32,000 bases of DNA from Methanococcus maripaludis (GTDB lineage: Archaea; AGJL01; Methanococci; Methanococcales; Methanococcaceae), in assembly GCF_002945325.1 (NCBI RefSeq), contig NZ_CP026606.1:1560001-1592000 (forward strand), written 5' to 3'. Made by a program: the position numbers and the translations under genes. Under the pieces are notes generated by a model, which was given only the letters and a program-made list of their open reading frames with translations, made no database searches and was not told the DNA's origin. How positions within the stretch are numbered: position 1 is the first letter of the stretch; each line of letters opens with the position of its first letter. Below, one piece after another: positions 8,063-16,756 of the stretch.

Positions 8063-8665
8063 ATGGATTTTAAAAACGCTATTTTTATAATTGTCGCATC
8101 AATTGTTCTTTTAACCAGTTTTTCAGGATGTACTGAATCTGATTCAACAACTTCGAACGAAACTGGAGAAATAGTTTATGCAACAATTCAGACGAATTAC
8201 GGAAACATGACTTTTGAACTCTATCCTGATAAAGCACCAATAACTGTTGAAAACTTCAAAAAATACGCAGAATCTGGGTTTTATGAAGGAACAATTTTCC
8301 ACAGGGTAATAAGTGATTTCATGATTCAGGGTGGCGGATTTACCGTAAACGGAACTAAAAAAGAAACAATCGATCCAATTAAAAATGAAGCTAAAAACGG
8401 ACTTTCAAACAAAAGAGGAACCATCGCAATGGCAAGAACCAACATTGTAGATTCCGCAACAAGCCAGTTTTTCATAAACACAGTTGATAATTCATATCTG
8501 GATTATCAAGATGATTCAAACTATGGTTACGCAGTATTTGGTAAAATGATCGATGGCTTTGACGTTCTTGAGAAAATCGAAAATGTCGCTACTGCAAATA
8601 ATGGGCAGTATCAAAACTGGCCAATTGAAGATGTAATTATTGAAAAAGTTAAAATTGAAGAATAA
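8063..8665 (+). CDS. Cyclophilin-type PPIase with N-terminal signal/lipobox-like extension (exported paralog)
   Basis: Same cyclophilin core as the upstream gene, plus a 40-aa N-terminus MDFKNAIFIIVASIVLLTSFSGCTESDSTTSNE (hydrophobic helix followed by SGC). Confidence 0.88.
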   Translation: MDFKNAIFIIVASIVLLTSFSGCTESDSTTSNETGEIVYATIQTNYGNMTFELYPDKAPITVENFKKYAESGFYEGTIFHRVISDFMIQGGGFTVNGTKKETIDPIKNEAKNGLSNKRGTIAMARTNIVDSATSQFFINTVDNSYLDYQDDSNYGYAVFGKMIDGFDVLEKIENVATANNGQYQNWPIEDVIIEKVKIEE

Positions 8666-8707
8666 TTAAAAAATAGATTAATATTTAATTTTTTTATTTA
8701 TTTTAAC

Positions 8708-10849
8708 TTATTTTGCACGTTTTATCGAAAGTGAAACTCTTTTTTTATCAAAATCAATGTCCATTACCATAACATCAACAATGTCTCCAACAGAGATTAC
8801 ATCAAGAGGATGTTTTATGAACCTGTCAGCAATTTCTGAAATATGTGCTAACCCATCGTGGTGAACTCCAATATCAATAAAAGCTCCGAAATCAACAATA
8901 TTTCTGACAGTTCCTTTTAATATCATTCCTTCTTTTAAATCTTCAAGTTCTAAAACATCGCTTCTTAAAACGGGTTTTGGAAGGTCTTCTCTTAGATCTC
9001 TCCCTGGTTTTTCAAGCTCTTTAATTATATCTTCTAGTGTTGGGATTCCGCAATCCAGTTTTTCAGCCAATTTTTCAATATCGACTTTTTCAGAAATTTT
9101 ATCGATTTTCTTTTCTTTGATATTTTTTATCGAGATATTTAACTCATTAAGTAAATTTTCTGCAATTTTGTATGATTCTGGGTGAACACCCGTATTGTCA
9201 AATAAATTTTTACCTTCAGGAATTCTCAAAAACCCTGCACACTGTTCAAATGCTTTTTTACCGAGTTTACTTACCTTTAAAAGTTCTTTTCTGGATTCAA
9301 ATTTTCCATTTTCCGTTCTGTATGCTACAATGTTTTTTGCAATTCCAATATTGATGCCTGACACATAATTTAAAAGTGAAACTGATGCAGTGTTTAAATC
9401 AACGCCAACAGAGTTTACTGAAGACTCAACAACCCCTGTTAAACTTTCAGATAACTTTTTCTGGTTCATATCATGCTGGTACTGTCCAACACCTATTGAT
9501 TTTGGGTCGATTTTTACAAGTTCTGCTAAAGGATCCTGAAGTCTTCTTGCAATTGATATTGCACTTCTAATTCCAACATCGTATTCTGGAAATTCATCAG
9601 AGCCGAGTTCCGATGCAGAATAAACAGAAGCTCCAGCTTCATTTACAATTACGTAGTAAACATCGTTTACAACTTCTTTTAAAATTTCAGAAACAATGTT
9701 TTCAGATTCTCTTGAAGCGGTTCCATTTCCAATTGCTACAACGTCGATATCGTATTTTATTATGAGTTCTTTAACCTGTTTTTTAGTTTCTGCAATTTTG
9801 TTATGTGGTTCTGTAGGGTATACTACCGTTTTATCGAGAACTTTTCCGGTTTCATCGACTACTGCAAGTTTACAGCCTGTTCTAAATGCCGGGTCCCATC
9901 CAAGCACGGTTTTGTTTTTTATTGGTGGCTGCAATAACAACTGTTTTAAATTTTTTGAAAATACTTCAATTGCACCGTTTTCTGCTTTTTCTGTGAGGCT
10001 ATTCCTAATTTCCCTTTCAATTGACGGTGAAATTAATCTTTTGTAGCTGTCAATTACCGTATCTTTTAAAATTTCAGAAGTTTTTGAATTTTCTAAAATT
10101 ATATTTTTAAAGATCCAGTCCTGAATAAAATCAACAGGTGCATCGATTTTCACCTGTAAAATTTTTTCTGATTCTCCTCTATTTATTGCAAGGATTCTGT
10201 GGCCTGGAATTTTATTGATCGCTTCAGAATATTCATAATACATTTCATAAACTGATTTTTCGTCCACATTTTTTGCTTTTACCGAAATAATTCCTTCTGA
10301 AAATGTAAGTTCACGAATAAACTTTCTGTAGTCTGCATTATCTGAAATTTCTTCTGCAATAATATCTTTGGCGCCAGAGATTGCATCATCTATTGAATTA
10401 ACTTCCAATTCTGGATTAACAAATTCTTCTGCAAGTTCTTCAATTGGTTTTTCCAAAATTTGTTTTAAAATTAATTCTGATAAGGGTTTTAAACCCTTAC
10501 TTTCCGCAATTGTCGCCCTTGTTTTTCTTTTTGGCCTGAATGGACGGTAAATATCTTCAAGTTCAGTTAAAAGTTCAGATTTTTCGATCTTTTGTTTCAA
10601 TTCTTCAGTTAATTTGTCCTGTTCGTCAATTAATTTTATAATCTGGGCTTTTTTATCTTCTAAATTTCTTAAATAATTCAATCTATCAAAAAATTTCCTC
10701 AAAACAACGTCATCAAGGGAACCTGTTGCTTCTTTCCTATATCTTGAAATAAATGGAATGGTATTTCCTTCGTCAATTAATTTAACTGTGTTTTCGACTT
10801 GAAATGTTTTTAAATTAAATTCTTTCTGCAATTTTTGAAAAATATACAT
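8708..10849 (-). CDS. tex: Tex-family protein (Tex N-terminal, YqgF/RuvC-like, HhH and C-terminal S1 RNA-binding domains)
   Basis: 713 aa. TIPFISRYRKEATG near the N-terminus; YqgF-like VLGWDPAFRTGCKLAVVDETGKVL; SIGVGQYQHD; C-terminal S1 domain GMILKGTVRNIVDFGAFIDIGVHHDGLAHISE. Confidence 0.9.
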   Translation of the reverse strand: MYIFQKLQKEFNLKTFQVENTVKLIDEGNTIPFISRYRKEATGSLDDVVLRKFFDRLNYLRNLEDKKAQIIKLIDEQDKLTEELKQKIEKSELLTELEDIYRPFRPKRKTRATIAESKGLKPLSELILKQILEKPIEELAEEFVNPELEVNSIDDAISGAKDIIAEEISDNADYRKFIRELTFSEGIISVKAKNVDEKSVYEMYYEYSEAINKIPGHRILAINRGESEKILQVKIDAPVDFIQDWIFKNIILENSKTSEILKDTVIDSYKRLISPSIEREIRNSLTEKAENGAIEVFSKNLKQLLLQPPIKNKTVLGWDPAFRTGCKLAVVDETGKVLDKTVVYPTEPHNKIAETKKQVKELIIKYDIDVVAIGNGTASRESENIVSEILKEVVNDVYYVIVNEAGASVYSASELGSDEFPEYDVGIRSAISIARRLQDPLAELVKIDPKSIGVGQYQHDMNQKKLSESLTGVVESSVNSVGVDLNTASVSLLNYVSGINIGIAKNIVAYRTENGKFESRKELLKVSKLGKKAFEQCAGFLRIPEGKNLFDNTGVHPESYKIAENLLNELNISIKNIKEKKIDKISEKVDIEKLAEKLDCGIPTLEDIIKELEKPGRDLREDLPKPVLRSDVLELEDLKEGMILKGTVRNIVDFGAFIDIGVHHDGLAHISEIADRFIKHPLDVISVGDIVDVMVMDIDFDKKRVSLSIKRAK

Positions 10850-10899
10850 AATAAACCCTCTAAAAAAGTAATTAATTAGATAAAATAATTTCTGAAAAA

Positions 10900-11727
<828 letters not shown>

Positions 11728-11749
11728 TTAGTAATATCAGCAACCGTGT

Positions 11750-12223
11750 TTATAATCTTTTTTTGATTTTCGACCATAGCAAAATCGTAAAAACTGCAAT
11801 TGTTGGAAAAAACACAAAACCGATGGTGTTGTGAATGTATTCACCATTTCCAAACGTATTTGCGAGGATTCCTATAATAACGATTCTAAATATGTTTCCA
11901 AGGTATATTAATAATATACAAAATAATGAACCAAAAACATAATACTTTAACCTGTTTTCAACCGTCAATATATGAGCCAATAATATCGAAATCAACATCA
12001 TTCCAGTACATGGTTCAGTTATTGAAATTATGATATTTGGAAGATATACAAGATTTTGAATCAGAATTACATCGTTTAATAAAAGTTTTAACAATAAATA
12101 GCTTTGATAAGCTATAAAATTTGTTAAATGACTTTCAAAATGGCATAATATATGGTAAATTATATATGAATAACTAAAATATTTTAAGATTATTAAAAAA
12201 TATTCGTTAAATTTTTTATTCAT
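11750..12223 (-). CDS. Small polytopic membrane protein with an exosortase/archaeosortase-family signature (Cys72, Arg113, His131)
   Basis: 157 aa, about 5 TM helices. ITEPCTGMMLISILL (Cys codon 12008-12010), LGNIFRIVIIG (N-x-x-R; Arg codon 11885-11887) and IHNTIGFVFF (His codon 11831-11833) occur in the order and membrane context of the exosortase/archaeosortase catalytic core. Family assignment is by motif recall, not an HMM run. Confidence 0.55.
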   Translation of the reverse strand: MNKKFNEYFLIILKYFSYSYIIYHILCHFESHLTNFIAYQSYLLLKLLLNDVILIQNLVYLPNIIISITEPCTGMMLISILLAHILTVENRLKYYVFGSLFCILLIYLGNIFRIVIIGILANTFGNGEYIHNTIGFVFFPTIAVFTILLWSKIKKRL

Positions 12224-12265
12224 GTTTTATCATGTTGCATGTCATGATATATCCTATTTAGTAAC

Positions 12266-13213
12266 CTACCATTTGTGAACATATCCTTCTAATTCCACGG
12301 ATTTTCCATCAACCGTTTTTCCGAATTCTACGACTTTTCCAATTTTTGTTACTGAATTTATATCTTTTAATTTTTCTTCGGCTTTTTTAAAATCAGGAGT
12401 TGTAAAAAGTAGTTCAAACTCTTCACCGCTGTTTAAAACCGTTTTTAATAAATCCCTATCAAATTTTTCACAGAATTCAATAACTTCGGTTGAAACGGAG
12501 TTTAAAAGTTTTTTTGAATTTATTTCAAAGTTTCCTGTATAATTTAAATCTTTTGAAAGACCGTCAGATATGTCGCAACATGAGGTGATTGTTTTATTCA
12601 ATAAAAGCCCTTCTTTAACCCTTGCTTTAGGTTCTGCAAGCTTTTCCATGATCTCAGGAAATTCAGAAATTGTTTTTTCAAATTCCATATTTCCTAAAAT
12701 TCCTTTATTTTTCATCTCAAGAAGTTTTAAAGCGCAATTAACTTTTCCAACATCGCCAGTGATGCAGATATCTTCACCAATAATTCCACCGCGATATATC
12801 GGATTATTCGTAATTCCAAATGCAGTTCCAGACAGTGTTAATTCAGGCGCTTTATTTGTATCTCCGCCTGCAATTGGGCATTCGTACTCTTTTGAAATAA
12901 AATTTATTCCTTTTGACATTTCATCGATAAATGTTTTGTCTGGGCTATCAAAACCCATTGAAATTACCATTCCAAGAGGTTTTGCACACATTGCGGCAAT
13001 ATCTGATACATTTGCAGTAACAACCCTCATTCCAATCTGAAATGGTGTTAAAATACTTGGAAAATGTGTTGATTTAAACATCATGTCTGTTGTAACAACC
13101 AAATGCTGGTTTTCTAATTTAAAAACCGCACAGTCATCCCCAATTCCCATTTCAACCCCATTTGAATAGGAAAGATTTTTTGAAATAATTTTAATAATAT
13201 CAAGTTCATTCAT
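12266..13213 (-). CDS. thiL: Thiamine-monophosphate kinase ThiL (AIR-synthase-related fold)
   Basis: GIGDDCAVF...VVTTDMMFKSTHF...ANVSDIAAMCAKP...GGDTN. The start is set to the ATG at 13213 (MNELDIIK...); the track start at 13231 is a TTG. Confidence 0.85.
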   Translation of the reverse strand: MNELDIIKIISKNLSYSNGVEMGIGDDCAVFKLENQHLVVTTDMMFKSTHFPSILTPFQIGMRVVTANVSDIAAMCAKPLGMVISMGFDSPDKTFIDEMSKGINFISKEYECPIAGGDTNKAPELTLSGTAFGITNNPIYRGGIIGEDICITGDVGKVNCALKLLEMKNKGILGNMEFEKTISEFPEIMEKLAEPKARVKEGLLLNKTITSCCDISDGLSKDLNYTGNFEINSKKLLNSVSTEVIEFCEKFDRDLLKTVLNSGEEFELLFTTPDFKKAEEKLKDINSVTKIGKVVEFGKTVDGKSVELEGYVHKW

Positions 13214-13342
13214 TTTTGTTCCTGTTTTCAAAAGTTTGATAGTTTTTATGGAAAATCTCTTTAAAATATTTAGCTAATAATTAATGGTATTACTTCCGCA
13301 TACAAAAACTTACAAAATGTAAATTCTAATTTCACAATCACC

Positions 13343-13350
13343 TTTATATA
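13343..13350 (+). promoter_or_regulatory. Consensus-like archaeal TATA box TTTATATA upstream of the C/D-box sRNA
   Basis: Exact TTTATATA. The predicted transcription start is near 13370-13378, about 40 nt upstream of the mature-looking sRNA, which implies a processed leader. Confidence 0.4.
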
Positions 13351-13413
13351 CTGAATCCGAGATACTAATGATGCAATTGACGCATAAAGACTGAATGTTC
13401 TTTTTATGCACTT

Positions 13414-13471
13414 GGTGGATGATGAACGGAGTAGCTTCTGATTTATGATGAAAGATGGGCGAGCTGACACC
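13414..13471 (+). ncRNA. Archaeal box C/D sRNA (2'-O-methylation guide)
   Basis: GGTG-g-ATGATGA(C box, 13419-13425)-12 nt ACGGAGTAGCTT-CTGA(D' box, 13438-13441)-TTT-ATGATGA(C' box, 13445-13451)-12 nt AAGATGGGCGAG-CTGA(D box, 13464-13467)-CACC. It has perfect consensus boxes, two canonical 12-nt guides, a 3-nt D'-C' spacer, a terminal GGTG/CACC stem and a following T7 run. It lies in a 320-bp intergenic gap. Confidence 0.85.
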
Positions 13472-13473
13472 AA

Positions 13474-13480
13474 TTTTTTT
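13474..13480 (+). terminator. Oligo-T (T7) terminator directly after the C/D sRNA
   Basis: The T7 run starts 3 nt after the terminal stem. Confidence 0.5.
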
Positions 13481-13555
13481 ATTCTGAAAAACTAAATTTT
13501 TATATCTCTTCTTTTAACTACTAACTTTTATACTATTCTTCATTTTGGCGGTAAA

Positions 13556-14872
13556 ATGGCAATTAAAAACGTTTCAATCGTGTACCCGAATAAATTTGGC
13601 GGAGGGATAGCATGTCTTGCAGTGCATGTTTTAACCGGCCACTTAAACAAGTACTCAGATATTTCTGCAAATGCGTATTTTATAGAAAATTACTCGAAAA
13701 TTAAGAACAATGACGCTATTTTAATAACTTTACAGTACGAAAACGACTATTTTAACGTTGTAAAAATTGTAAAAGAATTAAAAGCTCAAAATCCAAACGC
13801 TATTTTTATTGCAGGGGGTCCCTGCGCCATTTCAAACCCGCTAACTATTCAGGAATTTTTTGATGCATTTGTTGTCGGTGAAATTGAAGGAACTGATACA
13901 ATGTACCAATTGATAAATGGTAATTTTGAAATTCCTGGAGTATATGTTCCGAAAAATTATAATAATGAAAAAATTAAAAGAATATATCCAAAAAAACTCG
14001 GGATAGATGATTATCCAATAGCCCAAGTTACGCATGAATCGGGAGCTTATGGAAAAGCTTATCTTCTTGAAATTGGAAGGGGTTGCATTAGAAACTGTAA
14101 GTTTTGCATGGCCAAATGCATCTACGCTCCTCCAAGATATCGAAAAATTGAAGATTTAAAGTATCTGGTCGATGAAGGATTAAAAAACACCGATGCAGAC
14201 AAGGTTTCACTAATTGCCCCATCTGTAAGTGATTATAAGTATGTACTAGATTTATGCGCACACATCTCTGAAAAAAATGTGTTAATTTCGCCTTCATCAT
14301 TACGGGCAGATACAATTACTGATGAACTGCTTGACTTTTTAAATCTGAAAACATTGACGATAGCACCCGAAGCAGGTAGCGAAGTTCTGCGAAAAAAAAT
14401 TGATAAAGGAGTCACTGAAGAAAATATTTTAAATGCAGTTGATATTGCTAAAACACACGGAATATCTACCGTAAAACTTTATTATATGGTTGGTTTTCCT
14501 GATGAATCAGAAGATGATATTGAAGAAATAATAAATTTAACAAAAAAAATAAAAGATAACGTTCGAAAAGTAGATGTTAGCATAAACCCAATGGTTCCAA
14601 AGCCCCACACTCCTTTCGAAGACTTTGAATTTGACATGGACTCAAAAACGAAGATAAAATATATCGAAAAAAGTCTGCGAAAAATAAAAGTTAGTGTTGA
14701 TTTTGAAAAATTCAATTCTATGGTTGCACAGACCGTTCTTGCAAGAGGGGGAAGTGAACTTTCAAAAGTTTTAAATGAGTCAAGAAACACAATCGAACTT
14801 ATTAAAAATGTGGATTTGGATAATTACATTAATAAAATCGAAGAAAAACCTTGGGATTTTATAGAAATCTAA
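13556..14872 (+). CDS. Radical SAM protein with N-terminal B12-binding-like/flavodoxin-like domain; function unknown
   Basis: CX3CX2C cluster motif in EIGRGCIRNCKFCMAK. The N-terminal about 130 aa has a Rossmann-like alternation (AILITLQYE...AIFIAGGPCA). 438 aa. Confidence 0.8.
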   Translation: MAIKNVSIVYPNKFGGGIACLAVHVLTGHLNKYSDISANAYFIENYSKIKNNDAILITLQYENDYFNVVKIVKELKAQNPNAIFIAGGPCAISNPLTIQEFFDAFVVGEIEGTDTMYQLINGNFEIPGVYVPKNYNNEKIKRIYPKKLGIDDYPIAQVTHESGAYGKAYLLEIGRGCIRNCKFCMAKCIYAPPRYRKIEDLKYLVDEGLKNTDADKVSLIAPSVSDYKYVLDLCAHISEKNVLISPSSLRADTITDELLDFLNLKTLTIAPEAGSEVLRKKIDKGVTEENILNAVDIAKTHGISTVKLYYMVGFPDESEDDIEEIINLTKKIKDNVRKVDVSINPMVPKPHTPFEDFEFDMDSKTKIKYIEKSLRKIKVSVDFEKFNSMVAQTVLARGGSELSKVLNESRNTIELIKNVDLDNYINKIEEKPWDFIEI

Positions 14873-14915
14873 TTTAACAAAGATATAACTTAACAATTAT
14901 AAAAACGGTGATAGC

Positions 14916-16094
14916 ATGGCGATATTAGGACTCGTTGGAAAACCAAACGTTGGAAAATCAACTACATTCAATGCAATGACGGAAAAAATTGCAGATATTG
15001 GAAACTATCCATTTACTACGATAAACCCAAATATTGGAACTTCTTTTGTTACAAAGCCATGCCCATGTGACACTTTAAATTTAAAATGTACTCCAAATAA
15101 TTCGAAATGTTTCTCTGGAATGCGTTATATTCCTGTTGAAGTAATTGACGTTGCAGGGCTTGTTCCTGATGCACACAAAGGAAAAGGGATGGGTAACAAA
15201 TTTTTAGATGATTTAAGGCAGGCTGATGCATTTATACTCGTTGTTGATGCAAGCGGAAAAACGGATCTCGAAGGAAATCCTTCTGAAAATAACGATCCTG
15301 TAGAAGATGTTAAATTTTTGTTAAATGAACTTGATATGTGGATTCACGGAATTTTAACGAAAAACTGGGAAAGACTTTCAAGAAAAGCACAGCAGGAAAA
15401 AAACCTTTTAAAAGCGCTTTCTGAACAGTTAAGCGGATTAAATATTTCCGAAAATCAGGTATTTGCAGTAATTAAAGAATTTGACGAAAGTCCAATGAAA
15501 TGGACAGAAGAAGATTTAATCAATGTTTCAACAAATTTAAGAAAAGCTTCAAAACCAATGATTATTGCTGCAAACAAGGCAGATCACCCTGATGCAGAAA
15601 AAAACATTGAAAAATTAAAAGAAGAATTTAATGACTTTTTAGTTATTCCAACATCCGCTGAAATTGAGCTTGCACTCAAAAATGCACAGAAAGCAGGTTT
15701 AATAAAATACGATGGAAAATCAATGGAAGTTTTAGATGAATCATCACTAAATGATGCACAGAAAAATGCACTAAACTACATGAAAAATTATCTTGATAAA
15801 TTTGGTGGAACCGGAATTCAGGATTTGATCAATGTTGCGTATTATGATCTTTTAGATATGATTGTGGTTTATCCTGTAGAAGATGAGGGAAAATTCTGCG
15901 ATAAAAAAGGAAACGTTTTACCTGACGCATATCTTGTAAAAAAAGGAGCAACTGCAAAAGACCTTGCATTTAAAATACACACTGAAATCGGTCAAAAATT
16001 CATTTATGCGGTTGATGCAAAGAAAAAGTTGAGAATCAGTGCAGATCAAGAATTAAATGATGGAGATATTATAAAAATCGTTTCTGCTGCATAA
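14916..16094 (+). CDS. Obg/YchF-related GTPase with C-terminal TGS domain
   Basis: G1 GKPNVGKST, G3 DVAGLV, G4 NKAD, and a C-terminal TGS-like LNDGDIIKIVSA. GGTGA RBS. Confidence 0.85.
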   Translation: MAILGLVGKPNVGKSTTFNAMTEKIADIGNYPFTTINPNIGTSFVTKPCPCDTLNLKCTPNNSKCFSGMRYIPVEVIDVAGLVPDAHKGKGMGNKFLDDLRQADAFILVVDASGKTDLEGNPSENNDPVEDVKFLLNELDMWIHGILTKNWERLSRKAQQEKNLLKALSEQLSGLNISENQVFAVIKEFDESPMKWTEEDLINVSTNLRKASKPMIIAANKADHPDAEKNIEKLKEEFNDFLVIPTSAEIELALKNAQKAGLIKYDGKSMEVLDESSLNDAQKNALNYMKNYLDKFGGTGIQDLINVAYYDLLDMIVVYPVEDEGKFCDKKGNVLPDAYLVKKGATAKDLAFKIHTEIGQKFIYAVDAKKKLRISADQELNDGDIIKIVSAA

Positions 16095-16148
16095 TTTTTA
16101 ATTTTCATTACGTTTTTTTTACTTTTTTACATATTTTGGAGGATTATT

Positions 16149-16712
16149 ATGATACCAGATAATAATAAAGCGCTAGATTTATTAAATTGTTATGTAAAAG
16201 AGCAGTCAAATCTCGACCATAATTTAATTGTAGGGTATGGGATGCTTGGAATAGCTAAATATTTAGAAAAAGATGAAACCGAGCAGAATTACTGGTTTGT
16301 GTCCGGAGTTTTGCACGACATCGATATTGAAGAGTATGGGTCGGATATTGAAAAACACTGCATTATCGGTGAAAAAATTTTGGAAAGAGAAGGAATTTCC
16401 AAAAATTTAATTGATGACATAAAATCTCACAACGATGTATTAAATATTGGGCGAAATTCGGAAATTAGGCATGCTTTATGGGCAGTTGATGCACTTTCGG
16501 GAATTATTCGAGCTTATGTATTAATGAGGTCTGACAAGGATGTAAAAAAAGCAGAATTAAAGTCAATTAAGAAAAAACTAAAAGATAAAAGTTTTGCACA
16601 AAATGTTTCAAGAGAACAGATTAAATCCTGTGAAGAAAATTTGAAAATAACGCTTGATGATTTTGTAAATTCTGTTTTAAAAGAAATAAAAGAAAATATT
16701 TCATTTAATTAA
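16149..16712 (+). CDS. HD-domain metal-dependent phosphohydrolase; function unknown
   Basis: H...HD motif (GVLHDIDIEEYG) and a downstream KSHND. GGAGG RBS. 187 aa. Confidence 0.7.
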   Translation: MIPDNNKALDLLNCYVKEQSNLDHNLIVGYGMLGIAKYLEKDETEQNYWFVSGVLHDIDIEEYGSDIEKHCIIGEKILEREGISKNLIDDIKSHNDVLNIGRNSEIRHALWAVDALSGIIRAYVLMRSDKDVKKAELKSIKKKLKDKSFAQNVSREQIKSCEENLKITLDDFVNSVLKEIKENISFN

Positions 16713-16756
16713 TTTTAAAATTTAACTTTTTTAAAAAGTAATTTTTTTAAGTTTTT

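Noticed and set aside
12570-13040. 156-aa plus-strand ORF
   Set aside because: It is antisense to thiL. The same reasoning applies to the other antisense ORFs in the track (650-1063, 2043-2408, 9696-10046, 14482-14790, 23670-24014, 31509-31850 and the remaining short antisense frames in the track).
13270-13473. 67-aa minus-strand ORF in the thiL / radical-SAM gap
   Set aside because: It has no RBS and an arbitrary composition. Its 5' end overlaps the canonical C/D-box sRNA on the opposite strand, which explains the region better.
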